Origin: Eledone cirrhosa
Lineage: Eukaryota
DNA length: 64,000 bases
Assembly: GCA_964016885.1 (NCBI GenBank)
Contig: OZ024742.1
Coordinates: 296,050,001-296,114,000, forward strand
Direction: 5' to 3'
The position numbers were made by a program, and so were the translations under genes. Each line of letters begins with the position of its first letter. Position 1 is the stretch's first letter. Shown here one piece after another: positions 25,236-39,710 of this stretch. The notes beneath the pieces are model-generated. The model saw nothing but the letters and a program-made list of their open reading frames with translations, made no database searches and was not told where the DNA came from.

Positions 25236-27959
25236 CTACATATGTGTATATATAGTTAGTTGGTGTGTAATGTCAAGTTACTGATGATTCACCAGTTTGT
25301 GTACTCAATGCTGTTATGTGGATCTACCTATTAATGTAAGATTCGTTGTTTGTGTCATCACCAGCTATCGGTAGCAGTAACATACAGTGTTAATAATAAG
25401 CTAGCAGGAATGAAGTGTATATTTAACATCTTAAACACTCGTGAAGTTTCTGTTGTATGGTATTATCTGTACCACCCTACTATAGACACATATATATATA
25501 TATATATATATATCTCAACAATCAATCGACTTTCATCATATCGGACTGAGGAAACAACATTTCCATTGGTCTTTTCAATTGCTAATACTATCAATCGGTC
25601 TCAACTCCAGGTAGGAGCAACGTGAAATAAAGTGTCTTGCTCAAGGACATAACGCATCGCCCTGTCCAGGAATCGAACTCACAACTTCACGATTACAAAT
25701 CTAATTCTCTTACCACTCAGCCACATGCCTTCACATATTGATATAGATATATATACATATATATATACATATATATTTGTATGTACATATCATCATCATC
25801 ATTTAACATTCATTTTTCTATATGGCATGGGTTAGATGAGTTATCCTGTTGTGAGCAATGCTAGGTCAGGTGACCATGTCTTGCTCATACAGAACCGATT
25901 CTGGCTTGGTTTCTACAGCTGGATGCCCTTCCTTGCACCAACCCAATTTACAGTGAGTACTGGGTGCGTTTTGTCTTGACAGCTCTGCGACCACTTTAAT
26001 GTGTGTGTGTGTGTGAATTATCCAAAGCTTTCATTGATCAGTTACCTTTGATTAATACAGACTTATTTTCAAATAGATTTGTCAGCGTTTAACAACCTCA
26101 TATTGATTAAAACAGTTTGAATTTAATTACAACTTTAATTACAATACAGTTCTCAGTCTAATACTAATATATTCCAGTTCTATAGAAGTGCTTTTACCTC
26201 TGATTACTAATTAAATATAAGATGTGAAGTAAATTAACTGCTTCATTTCAGAGATATACTTGGCTAGCTACCAGCAAGATTTCTACTTGAATAAAATATG
26301 ATCAAAGAGCATAAAGCTTGGAGGTTGTTCCAAATGTATGTACCATTCCATTTATGTTCTCTGCTCATGACTATATTTGTTGAAGAGATACTTTGATATC
26401 AGTAATGAAGACTGTTTAAAATTACACATACAAATCAGTATTGAAGGGTTTTGAGTTTCTTCTACTTTTACGTTACCTTTAATATTCAAATGAAATTTTA
26501 ATTCCTTTATTCTCGTATCTCCTTCAGGCATTTCTTTTCATCACATTCCTTTACCATTCATACAATGTATAAACAGAATATTCTTATAGACATGTAAAAT
26601 ATCAATTATTTCGATGTTGACATGATATATTAACATCATATAAATATATGTTAAAGTTGTTTGTCTTGTGCACAAAGTTATTTTGATAGACGGGGAGGTT
26701 TGTGTTTCTGGTCACATATATATGGCAATGCATTAACATCATTATAATAAAATTTTCTTCATCAATTTCCATATATGTCATAAAATAATTTTACTCAAGC
26801 TACTCTCATTGATTAGTACTTGTCATTGATGTTAAAATGTTTTAGACACTAAATGCTAACATCAGTTATAACACCATCATTTGAGAGAGATTTGCATCTA
26901 GTTTGCTGTTATGGAACCATGGAAAGTAAATTCAATATAATATTAACACTTTCATGACTTTTTCAATATACTCTATTTCATTTAATTAATGAAGAATTTT
27001 GAGAGATTTATTAACATTCTTAATTATTTTATTACTAGGATTCAATAAAATAAGCAATTGTGAGTGTGTGTCTGTGAAACATATATACCAGGTCCGAACA
27101 CAAAGGAACTAAGCTCCCACTGTCACTGCCTCCATCTCTCCAGCTCTTCCCATCGTTCAATATTATGAGCAAATGGGTCCCACACACTGGCCACCCCATG
27201 GCTCCGGCAGACAGAATAGAGAAGGCATTTCCTTGGGGGATTGTGAGGGAGACAGTTTTAATTTAAATGGGACCCCTTAAATGGGTGGTTTTATTTGGCT
27301 TATCATCAAATGGTTAACTAATGGTGGTTGGTGACACAGTCTATCGTGGAATAATAGATTAACACAGAAGACTTTCTTTTCCTAGCTTTCTTTAAATGTG
27401 GTAGCAAAATATTTTTATAAGCATGCAAAATATCATTTATTTAGATGTTGATATAATATATTACCATCACACAATGCATGATAAAGTTGTTTTATTCATT
27501 TACTAAATTATTTTGATAGAAGAGGAGGTTTTATTTTTGGTCACATATAAGCATGTTGACACATTAACATAATTATAATGAGTTTCTTCTCCAGTTCCTG
27601 TAATATGTGTCATGTATGATAAAATAATTTTACTAAAGCTAGATGTTGGTGAAGTTAACATCTTTTAATCATCAAATGTAAACAGTTTTAACACCATCTT
27701 TTGAGAGAAATTTGCATGAATCTCTCTATCATTGAACCATAGAAAATTAATTGAACATAGCATTACATAAGGGAGGGTGGTGACGTAATTTAACACAAGA
27801 TAATAGATTTATACAGAAGATATGAGTATGAGCTATACGAGGTCTCACTGACATAGTCAACCAACCTGACCAATCATGGTATAGAAGTGAACATATGATG
27901 ATGTTGACAGAAATCTTTGTTTTCATAAGATTCATTTACCATTCTTTAAATGTCTTCGT

Positions 27960-28290
27960 CTTCTATTTTTCTTCTTCTTTTCTTTTTCTCCTCCTCCACC
28001 TCCAACACTCCTGAGAGGGTCATGGGAGGAAAGCCATCAAGCAAGCCTTATAGTGGGTCCTGTCAGAAGTAACCAGCTCCAATTGATCCTGCTGGATCCC
28101 CAAACAAGACCAGCTGATCTCATGGACGTTATCCAACAATCTTGATCAAGGTTTACCCCTGGATCTCTTGCCAGTTGGTTTTGCCCATAAAATCTGCCCA
28201 GTAATTCTTATTTTTGTTTCAGACATTCTAACCACATAACCAGCATCTCTACCTGGAACAATCCCTGATCTCAGAGCTATACACTAGAAA
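27960..28290 (-). mobile_element. LINE (RTE-like) 3' end with (AAG)n tail
   Basis: Inverted relative of 29285-29524. Confidence 0.55.
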
Positions 28291-29284
28291 ATTTGTTAGT
28301 ATTCTATTTCCTGCTTTATGTATTAATAAAATAATTATTTCTACTATAGGCACAAGGCCAGAAATTTGAGGAGAGGGAAAAGTTGATTAAATTGACCCCA
28401 GAGAATTATCAACCCCGTAAGGATGGACGGCAAAGCTATCCTCAGCGTGATTTGAACTCAGAATGTAAAAGGCCATAACTCTGCAGGGAATAATGTTGTC
28501 CAACACTCTACTGATACTGCCAATCCACTGCCTTCTGCATTGATATAATAATGGATATTATTATATTTTCTGAGTTGAATTGAGTTGTCTTAGTAAGAGA
28601 GAGGACACTATTCACTCCCTATGTGACTGTCATGTCAGAATTTGTTTAAACAAATTGACATACAAACAATATTTGAATGTTTTCACTGAATTACAATAAT
28701 TAATTTTAGAAAGGAAGACACATAGAAGTTATGATAATCTTTAACGTATAAATATATAAACAATGAAAAATGTTTGGCTTTATTCTAATGTTAAGTCCTA
28801 AACATGGCTGTATAACTGTCTGATAAAATAATTATCTCATTTGGTATAAAGACTTTTGGTCTCCTGAGAAATAGGAATTCTGGGGAAATCAAATAGATGT
28901 TTTCCTTGATAAATTTACTTTTTATACTTTTATAATGGTTGTCATTTTGGTTTTTGTCTGATGAAGTAATAATAGTAACTTTTGTGACATCAATCATCCC
29001 TTGAATTTCTGACATTTGGTACTAATCACCCCTTTATTGAGAAATGAAGTTGTAATTAGGGCGTTCATTGCTCTGTACTATAGAAATGAGAAATATGTTG
29101 TGTTCAGAATTATACAAATCAGTGTGAATCAGGATAGCAATGGGGTGAAGTGTGTCTGACACAGGTACCTAATAAGCAAATGATAGTAGTACCTAATTCC
29201 TATCATATTCCTAATGAAACATACTGCCTATGATTTTTGAATAATTTTGAAAATAATCAAAACATTGATTATGTGGACATGTGG

Positions 29285-29524
29285 TTAGAATGTTTCAGGT
29301 AAGAATCGCTGGACAGATTCTATGGGCAAAACCAATCGGCAGGAAACCCAGAGGTAGACCCCGAGCAAGATGGTTGGATCCATGAGCTTGGCTGGTTTTG
29401 CTTGGGGATCCAGCTGGATCAGTTGGAGATGGTTGCTTCTGACAAGACCTGCTGGAAGGAGTGTTTGAGGACTCTTCCCCCACAACCCTCCCAGGATTAA
29501 GTATCCGAAGAAGAAGAAGAAGAA
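29285..29524 (+). mobile_element. LINE (RTE-like) 3' end with (AAG)n tail
   Basis: RIAGQILWAKPIGRKPRGRP motif followed by AAGAAGAAG. Confidence 0.6.
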
Positions 29525-30088
29525 TCAAAATGTTCGAGAGATTTTGTAATCTTAACGAATGTTCTTGAAAAACATTACTATGGAACAGTTTTAAATATAT
29601 ATAAACACATTGAATTAAATATATTTGCATCATGTGGCCAGAAGGTTAGTTTTGTGTGGTTTAGTAGCAAAAGAGTTAATTCATTTTTTAGAAATAAATC
29701 AAGATTTATTTATTTGTGAACAGAGAAGTTAATGTATGTAATATCTCTTTGAAATATAAATATTAGCAAGTTATCTCGGGTTTCTGGTTATTATATAGGC
29801 TCTTTTGCTATTATATGTTCTCTTTATCTATTATCTAGGCTTTTTAGCTATGACTGCATACTGTAATTAATTTGATAAAATTTCTTCAGATAACACCAGT
29901 TTGTTATCTTTTTATATAATTTATAATAATTGATTTTTCACTGAATAATTTGGTATTCTCTATTGATTTATTTCTATAATTATAGATTTTTTAATTATTA
30001 ATCTCATCACATTTCTTCCTTTAAGATTATATTGATAACTAATAGAGCAGTTACAGCTGGCCACATTGATAAACTGTCAATAATATAT

Positions 30089-30489
30089 TTAACCTTTTTT
30101 ATACCAACCCAGTCAGAACTCATTCTGGTTTTATGCCACCCATTTTAAAGGGTACCTATTTAAATTAAAGTCTTGTAGCATAATTTTATATAAGAACCAT
30201 GGGTTAAGTTGTTATCTCTGTAATGAAATAATTGATAATTTTAGTAAAATACTTCAGTAAGTAAAATAAAATGTATTTTATTAGAGATACGGTCACATTT
30301 CTAATGAAAGATGCTGTCTATGATTTTTGAAAATAATCAATAATTTGGAGGGATTTAGTGAAATAACTTACTCGTTAAGCTGATGTTTGGCAGATAAATC
30401 AACAAAGTCACTTCTATAAAATTATGATGGCATATTTTGTATTGTAAAACCAGAGATGGTTTCAGGCAGTTTGATATCAAAAGAGTTAA
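30089..30489. mobile_element. Second TTAA-flanked MITE family (degenerate)
   Basis: TTAACCTTTTTTATACCAA...TTGATATCAAAAGAGTTAA imperfect TIR; partial relatives near 29640, 30900 and 34550. Confidence 0.5.
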
Positions 30490-33400
30490 ACCTCTCATTA
30501 ACATATTTCTAGAGAAGAATACTGCCAGTGATTTTCAAATAATTTTGAAATTAATAGTTTGAGGAGATTAAGTAATATAACTAGCTTTCTCATTATTTAT
30601 ATGGTATAAGAATAACAAAAGTTATTGTGTACAGTGCTCAGGTGCACTACAACTCATCAAAGAGGCATGTATAGTACATAGAATAATGTGCAAATGTCAG
30701 GAAAGTGAACAGTGTATGAGTCATGATATACACACAGATACATGTGTGTGTGTGCATGGAGGGGGAATATCAGGTGTAGTGGTGGTAAATTTCAGGAAGC
30801 ATGGAAGTTTTGAAGGATGCAGTGTCCTGACTTGACAAAAGTTCTTGCATAAAATTATGATGGAAAGTTTTTAGTTAAACGTAAATGTTGTAAAACAAAC
30901 AGTTTTGTATGATAGAATGAGGGATGGTTTTAGGCAGCTTAGTATGAAAATGATTAATTCTCACTGACTCAGTCCATATATAACTGTGTAAAGCTTCTTT
31001 GGAAGGTGCCTGAATTTTATATTTTAAAAATTTACATTTTTCTTGATTATATTATATTTAATGTTTTAAAGTCACTAAGAGGTCAGTTTACATATATACT
31101 GTTTGTTTTTTTTTCACTAATATTTATAATTACATTTTCATGATAAATGTGATTACATATTCCGACATATCTAATAAAATTTTATTTCATGCAGCCTAAT
31201 TAGATACATTTCAATGAAATCTGTAAATATTTTTTTAAAAAAGGGTTTCCACCTCTGTACACTGATACATTGAGGATTGCAGGATGAAAATATGCCTGTT
31301 TCTCAATGATAAAGTCTTTTCCAAGCCCAGAGGCTCATCAGATCAGAATTGATCCCGTTTTAATTGGTGTTAAGTGACTGACAGTACAAGACTACCCTCT
31401 AGACATTATGTACATGACAGCAGCCATCAAAGGGTTAACACTCAGTTGCTGCTGTTACTCATTTATTTCAGCTGAGTGAAGTGAAGTAATGGGAATTAAA
31501 ATATATTGCTGAAGGACTCTATGTATCATGCAATTCATGAATTGTAACCATTAGCTTACAGTTGTAAACCCAATACCCTAAACACTAGGCTGCATGTATT
31601 CACCTACTCTTTGACAGGCTTCTTTTCAAATTTGTTGTAGTAGAAACATTTGGAGTCCTGGGCCTCAGAACCACCTGCCTGCACAGTTTTATTAAGATGG
31701 AGTTGGCCCTCAGTAAGAATGAAGTTGATTAGGTTCTTTAGTATATCCTTTATTATCATTCAGGGTAATGCCCTTGCTCTTTTGTCCACTGGAACCACAA
31801 ATCATTTGCATGAGTTGCTGTGGTTTTCACACAGCTAAAGTTGAATTGCAATAAATGAAATGGATCACCATAGATTTCAACAATGTGTTCCAGTTGTTCA
31901 ATCAATGATATAGCCTGCTCAGGAAATTGTGTAAGTGACTGAGCATTCCACACCAGACATGTGCACCATTAACAGGGAGATTCAGCATAATACTATGTAA
32001 AACAAGGCTGGCCCTTTACATCTCATCCAATTGACTTCCAAGTAGTTTCTATCGACTCAATTCCTTCCTCTCACAAAGCATAGGTTGACCTGAGACTATG
32101 GTAAATGACACTTTCCTAAGATATCATACAGTGGGATCTGATCCAGGACCTTATGTTTGTAAAGTGGATTTCTTAACCATTTGAACATGCTGTGCCCACA
32201 CATTGCAATACATTAACTGATAAGACAACAACAAGTAAGTGGACTAGAGTGTAAATTGTTGTTTAACTCCATGTTGGACCTTGTTGGGTAGACCTTACAG
32301 ATCAGATCTGTTTCTGTATGTCCTTTATTGAGACACAATATAACAAGATGAATCCATAAGATGGATTGACTCTTTCAGTTCATCTCCCTCACCAACTTTC
32401 CAGGTAACCCATACACCATTTTGTCAACTGAGACCATAAAACTATGCAGTAGTTTGCTTCATTTATTGCATTCCTAGAAATAAACACATTCTTTGTAATC
32501 ATGACAGCAAGAATATTACTGAGGACAACTATAAACTACAACAACAACAACATGAAGTATAGCAACAGTAACAAAAATAACAATGTCTAATAGTAACAAC
32601 AACAAAATATCCGCCTACAAAATGAACAAGAACAGCATTAATTACAGCTCCTACAGTTACTGATATAGATATGTGGTCTTAACAAGTGCATGTGTGTGTT
32701 GATGTTTTCTCTCTTTCACTCACTGCCTCTGTCTCTCTCGCTCTTCCCATCTCTCACTATTATAAGCAAGCAGAAGCCCACCCATTGGCAGCCCTGGCGG
32801 ACAGAATAGAAAAGGCGTTTCCCCAGAGGATGGTGAGGGAGACACGCTAGAAGAGCCATTCCAGCTCGCAAGGCTCACACCTGCAGGTAGTCAATTCTGG
32901 GCCAATGGTGGTGAGTAGGGAGTTGGTTCTAGGAACAAGAACACCAGAAGTCTCCACTGCTATTAATATACTGAGTCAAATAGAAGGCAGCCAATATATC
33001 ACCATTCTCTTTCTTTAACTTTTAAAATCTTATATGGATTTAGCAGAAAATAACTAAAACCGGGTTTGTTAATTAATATGTTCATACCAAGTGTCTTTAC
33101 TTGTGGACAGATTGTTGAAAAAACTTGCTTTAAACTAAAGAATAGCCTTTCATTTTTAAAGTAATACATACAGTCATAGTGGTGTTTCAAGAATGCCTTG
33201 TTAATGTGGTTTCATGTGGTATAGGACATTGAGTTAATTTTACTACTACTAAACATTTTACTACTTTACCGTACTTTTTATAATAATCTGTCACTAAGTT
33301 GTATGTATATTCCATAATCTTGCTTATGAAACAAATTAGAAATAACACCATTTTAAAAACCACCACTATTGAAACTTCTACCCATCCCCTTAGCTATTCT

Positions 33401-33804
33401 TACTTCTATGTTTTCTTTATATTGAATAAACCATAGTTGCTTGATTATTTCTGATTTGTATAATCAATTTTGCAATCTTTTATAATCTCTTGCTGAGGCA
33501 CTGCCTTGATTTAGTCAATCATATTAACCATAGCATTTATGTTTTTTCAAGGCTTTTACTTATCTTATCATTTTCTATTTTGTCAAACTGCTAAGATATG
33601 GGAAATAAATGTAGACACAAATGTAAACATGGAAACACACATATACATAGACATATATGTATACACACACACATATAAATATAGTGGTCCCTAGTATACA
33701 TCACTTCTCCTCCTCTCCCCTTCCAAAGTAAATAAATATTCTTAAGACACCAGTTGCATTTTCAAATTATTTCCTTATATATATATAAATATATATATAT
33801 ATAA

Positions 33805-34140
33805 TGGAGGCACATGGCTTAGTGGTTAGAGCATTGGCCTTGCAATCGAAAGGTTGTGAGTTCTATTCTCAGACCGGGTGATGTGTTGTTTCCTTGAGCA
33901 AGACACTTTATTTCACATTGCTCCAGTTTACTCAGCTGTAGAAATGAGATGATAGGACTAGGGTCCATATCATTCCACTGCAAAGTGGTCATGGGGGTGC
34001 CACGGCAAAAAAGCACCCAGCACTCACTGTAAATGAGGTTGGTGTTAGGAAGGGCATCCAGCTGTAAAAATCAAGCCAGAATCAGTTCCCGTCCCACCCT
34101 TGCAAGCAGGGAAAAGTGGACATAAAATGAAATGAATGAA
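33805..34140 (+). mobile_element. SINE family B
   Basis: Reverse-complement match to 23611-23952. Confidence 0.8.
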
Positions 34141-34232
34141 ATGAAATATATATAAGGAAAAATGTTGTAAAAATATATAAGGAAAAATGTTGTAAAAATA
34201 TATAAGGAAAAATGTTGTTAATGCAACTGGAG

Positions 34233-34274
<42 letters not shown>

Positions 34275-35079
34275 TCAGATGTATTTACCTGCTTCGACAA
34301 CAGGGTTGGGATTTTTGTCTATTTCTCAGACATAAAACACGAATCCAGCTGATATGCTAATTAACTTTCTTGTTATTAATTTTGTGTTTTGAATATGTAT
34401 TCATACATAAAATTATGATGGAAAATGTTTAGATAAGTGTTAAGAAACTCTCAGCAGAGTTGGACAGCAGAGTGTCGCCAGAGAAGAAACCCCTCTCAAG
34501 CGAGTGTTTCAACCCTTAACTTAAGTACAAATACTAAAATAAATGGTTTTGTATCACAGAATCAAGAGCAGCTTCAAGTTGTTTGGTAAGAAAATGTACA
34601 ATTACATTTACACTGGCTTTACTATATTCTGCAGTGACTACCATAGTACTATATGTGAATTGGCCAAAGGCCCTACACTAAATTGATAAATGCAAATTAA
34701 AATTCATTTTTGGTTCTGGGCTAAAAACATTTTCCTCACTTATAAAAATTTATAAAAATGTTTGTTTAATATTATTCCCAGTGTAGATATACTTTATTGA
34801 CAACTAAATGTGTAGGCTGCTACTGTATATGTCGTCATATTTTAGTTATACTTATTCATATATTATTAAACATTGTTCTGAGAGAAAAGGAAAGAGACAG
34901 AGAAAGAGAGAATATATAGACATCCACAAAGAATTGATGAAAGTTATGTATTCAGAAGAAAATGGAAATCTTATAAATAAATGAAGACAATGTTCAAAAA
35001 CAAATTATTTCCATAAAAATGAAATTAAGTTTTATTTTTGTATTATTTACATGTTTTAACTTGTGATGGGAATTATTAA

Positions 35080-35135
<56 letters not shown>

Positions 35136-35159
35136 GAACATGATGATGATGATGATGAA

Positions 35160-36047
35160 CAGCAATGTTGCATGGGCAAAGACCTGGGCATTGTGTGCAG
35201 AGGATATACGCAGACTAGAGAGGAACGAAGCTTGCATGCTCCACTGGATGTGTAATAGTAATATACGTGAACGGCAAAGCATAAACGAACTAAGGAAAAA
35301 ATTAGAAATAAGAGGGATCAGATGTTGTTTACTCGAGAGAAGGCTACGTTGGTATGGTCACGTGATGCGCATGAAAGACGACAGCTGTATAACAAAGTGC
35401 AGGGCAATAAAGATAGATGGTAGCCACGGAGTAGGCAGACCCAGGAAAACCTGGGACGAGCTGATAAATTCCGACCTCACACACTTACACCTCTCCAAGA
35501 CAATGTCACTGGACCGAGACCTTTGGCGGTACTCAGTAACAGAGAAGACCCGCCTTACCTAAATACAAAGTAAAACCTACAGTCAGTAGGCATCTCTAAC
35601 AAAATACACCCCCGTACCACCCCATCCACACCGCACCCTTCAATGCAAAGTTATGTTGGTGCCACAACATCCAGGCCGAAACAAACGAGATCGTGTAGGT
35701 GTCACGACAAAAAAAAAACACACAGTCCATGCTGTAATGTGACCGTGTAGGCAACACGGTAAAAACCTCCCAGTCCCACACTGTAAATGTGGTTGGTGTT
35801 AGGAAGGGCATCCAGCTGTAGAAAACACGCCAGACAGTCCATGCTGTAATGTGGCCGTGTAGGCAACATGGTAAAAACCTCCCAGCCCCACACTGTAAAT
35901 GTAGTTGGTGTTAGGAAGGGCGTCCAGCTGTAGAAAACCCGCCAGACAGTCCTATGTGAGCAAGACAACCACTCTTGCCTCAAGTGGGAAAACCCCCGTC
36001 CAAACCCTTGCAAGCGTGGAACAGGGACGTTAAACGATGATGATGAT
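35160..36047 (+). mobile_element. RTE LINE 3' fragment with a tandemly duplicated 3'-UTR block
   Basis: TWALCAEDIRRLERNE...RRLRWYGHVMR...GRPRKTW; the UTR block is repeated at ~35720-35835 and ~35832-35952. Confidence 0.88.
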
Positions 36048-37249
36048 ATAAAATATTTATAAAGTTATATATATTATGTTGGTACGACAAAGCACCCATC
36101 CCATACTGTAAAGTTGTCGTGTAGGAGACATGGCAAAAAGCACCCAGCCCACACTGTAAATGTGGTTGGCATTAGGAAGGGCATCCAGCCGTAGAAAGCC
36201 AGCCAGAAAACAGCACGTGCTGTGACCAGTGGCGCCCGACAGACTGGTCGGTCAAGGTGATCAAGGTGATATTTAATATCTAGGCATGTAAACATGCCAG
36301 AAAATACAAATTTCCCTGTAAATTGAAAAAATGATCAACATAGGCCTTCACCAGACGGCATGTATATGATCCAAACAATCACAAGGAAACATGTATTTGA
36401 TGGGCTTATATACACATTTGCTCTTAGTATTAGCACTTGTATTGGTGCAGTCTTAGTTACCAATTCTGGTTACTAACTCATCATCGTCATGAATTTACAT
36501 CCTTTTCCCACACAGCTAAAATGTTGTCATAGTATTAACCAATAAACTGAATATATCAGTTTACAATAATGATAAAACAAAACTTGAAATCTGATGTAAC
36601 ATAAGTTATTTAATTTAAGAATTTTTCCTTGATCGCTTTCTCTTTTTTTTGTATTGTTTAGCCCTGGGTCAACTCTGACTAAGATCTAATAACAAAGGTA
36701 TTCCAGCCGTGGGTATCCTATCTTTTTAAAGGTGTGTTGGACTATGCTATCTAATGTGACTGTTTTGTAGTCCATTAGTCATTCCAATGTTGATACAATC
36801 TGTCAGTCACAACTTCTGCAAAATGAAAGTGAGATTTCAACACACTGTGCCAGATCAGATACCATAAAGTATCTCGTTTGACTGCCCTTGGCCTGGTACT
36901 TTATTTTTCAACCCTAAAAGGATGACAGGCAAAGGTACCTTCAACAGAATTTGAGTTCAGAATGCAGACAACTGGAACAAACATTAAGACATATAATCCA
37001 ATGCTCTAATGACTCTGTCAATTCACTGCCTAAAATGGATGGCTATATTTGTATTTATTTCTAAAATAATTCTTCTTTTAATCATTTGAGAATTTCTATT
37101 GCTAAAGTTATTCCAATGATATTTCAAAAATTCTTTATTTACATTTATGTTGAAATAGTCTTATTGATTTTGAATTTGATTGTTTGGCATAAATGAATAA
37201 TAATGTTCAGAAATGTCAAACATTTTTTAGAACTTCTTTTACACATCTG

Positions 37250-37990
37250 TTACCAGTACCATGAAGAAGTTCCTCTTCCATCTCACCTTGTCCAGCATTG
37301 CCATGTAAAGTTCTCTTACCTCCAACCTGGTTTCATCTTCAATAATATCTTTCAGTGTGATGTTTGGTCTCCCAACTCATCTGCATACATCTGTTTTTTA
37401 GTGAAGAACTTTGCCAGCATGTTCATTGATTCATATGTCAGGCTAATGCAAGCTTCAATTGCTTTATGATGATAGAAAGGCAAGGGTGTGAATTGTAGAG
37501 ACATTTATTTGCAACATGTGCATTCCAGATGTTCTGGACCTTTCTCAACATTCAAATGCATATGCCATTGATCTTCTTTGGGGGAATTTTTCTTATGTCC
37601 CTAACTCACATCCATAGAGAAAAATAGATTCAGTTGTTTCCTTAAATAGCCTCATTTTCATTGTTTTCTTCATCAGAGATACCTAAACCCTTGATAGAGA
37701 GTTGAAAGCCCCCATGCTTTTCCTATCCTCATGCCCACAATGTGTTCTGTGTTCATAGAACTATCAAGATATCTGAAGTCATCAACTTCTTGAAACTTCT
37801 TTGAGGGTCACAGGCCTAAGGAATGGGGAATAACAGGATTAGTGCTAATACCCAAGAAAGGAAATCCCACAATCTGCACCAACTAAAGAGCTATCAGTCT
37901 TACCCAAATTGCAGCAAAGACTTAAAATAGGATGATCCTGAACAGAATCAGGTCATTCATCGGCAACCTTCTTTGCTCCAGTCAAAATGA
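37250..37990. mobile_element. Degenerate LINE RT with an internal inversion
   Basis: Minus 37250-37800 gives EVDDFRYL and RIGKAWG; plus 37812-37990 gives PKEW..TGLVLIPKKGNP..CTN*RAISLTQIAAK. Confidence 0.7.
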
Positions 37991-38168
37991 ATTGTAGAAC
38001 TACTTTTGTGAATGTTTATTTTATAGTTTAATAAAATCTATCTATACATAAAGTTCTTCATCTCTTTGAGGTATGGGAATACTCAGGAAATCTTGTAAAG
38101 AACTCTCAAATACATGATTAGACTACTTCTAGCCTAATACTGAAGATGCTGATATGATTACTGTTTAA

Positions 38169-38364
38169 CCCTTTAACATTTATATTACTCTATATTTACT
38201 GTTGTATTTTCACATAATTATCTCGCATAATATCGAATCTAAGGGATTTTGATATTATTTATTTTGAGAACAATACCTTAATGTCAGGAGTTGATTATGG
38301 CCAGTTTGAACAGAGAGAGGTGAGAGAATTCTGGCTGGATGTGGCTGGTTTAAATGCTAAAGGG
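38169..38364. mobile_element. piggyBac-type MITE
   Basis: TTAA TSD on both sides; CCCTTTAACATTTA/TAAATGCTAAAGGG TIR. Confidence 0.75.
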
Positions 38365-39249
38365 TTAAATTACTCACAGCAAGACAAAAATGTTTATTTA
38401 TTATACATAAACATATTGTATATGTTCATGTATACCTTTGTTCTAAATCACACTGCATTAGTTCTATTGCTAATTTAGAAAAGTAATGCATGATGTTAGT
38501 GGTAATGGTGGTGGTGGTGATGGTGCCGATGGAGATAGTGGGAGGGAGGTAGAGACGACAAAGGAACCCAACAAGGTAGAGGAAAGCTGTGCCAGAGAAA
38601 ACCCATCCAAAACATTTAAGTATGAAAAATGGATGATCACTGATAATGATATTGATGATGATGATAGTGGTGGTTGTGATAGTATTGAAGGGAAGAAAAG
38701 ACACAGGAACACATGGAGAGAAGTTGTATAGGACGAGACATATCTAATCCATGCAAGCATTTGAAAAAACAGATGTAAAACAGATGATAGTGGTGGGGGA
38801 GGGGAGAGGTGGAGTTGATAAGAAAATTGCAACAAGTGAAGAGTAGCTGTGGTGGAGAAGACCCATCCAACCCATGCAGGCATTTGAAAAGCAGACATAC
38901 AAAATGGTGATGCTGACGGTGGGGGTTTTGTTGTTGGGGAGGGATACTGGTGGTGCTGTTGGGAGGGGGTGGCCATGTTGTTGTTGGGGATGGTGGTGAT
39001 GCTGGTGGTGGAGTTGTTTTTGTCATTGTTGGGCAGTGGATTTGCAGAATCAGTAGAGCGTCTGACACTGTTTTGCAGCACAGAGTTATGGCCCTTTATG
39101 TTCTGAGTTCAAATCCCACAGAGGTTAGCTTTGCCTTTAATCCTCACAAGGTTGATAAAATAAAGCACCAGTAATGCACTGGGGTCGATTCCATCGCCTT
39201 CCTCTCCCACTTCAAATTGCTTGCCTTGTGCCTAAAGTAGAAACAATTA

Positions 39250-39710
39250 TTATTATTGTTGTTATGTTGATGGTAGGGTGGTGGTGTTGTTGTCCTGGTT
39301 AATATTGTTGTTAATGTTGTTGTGATGATGGTGGTGGTGTTGTCCTCGTTATTATTGTTGGTGTTGTTGTTGGTAGTGGAGATAGTGGTGATGTCATTGT
39401 TGTCGTTGATGTTGATGCTGTTCGTGGTGATGGTGGTGGTGTTGTTGCCATTGTTGGTGGTGTTGTTGTTGCTGTTGTTGTTGCTGCTGTTGTTTTTGTT
39501 GTTGTTGTTGTTTTGGTGGTGGTGGTGATACTGGTGAGGTGGAGGTGTTGTTGTCATTGTTGTTATTATTGTTAACGTTGTTGTTGTTGATGTTGATGGT
39601 GGTGATACTGGTGGAGTGTGGGTGTTGTTGTTGTCATGATTGTTATTATTGTTGTTAACATTGTTGTTGCTGGTGGTGATGGTGCTGTTGTTGGTGGTTG
39701 GTGGTGATCT
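39250..39710. repeat. (GTT/GGT/GAT)n low-complexity tract
   Basis: Directly visible. Confidence 0.9.

Noticed and set aside
31650-31880. Possible AP-endonuclease remnant on the minus strand (NLINFIL)
   Set aside because: Only one short motif amid frameshifts, too weak to call.
33805-33880. tRNA-like sequence with A and B boxes
   Set aside because: It is the head of a multi-copy SINE and continues into the SINE body, so it is not a tRNA gene.
34272-34340. Possible minus-strand HHR (ATGT CTGAGAA...GAAG...TACAT)
   Set aside because: Too many core deviations to support.
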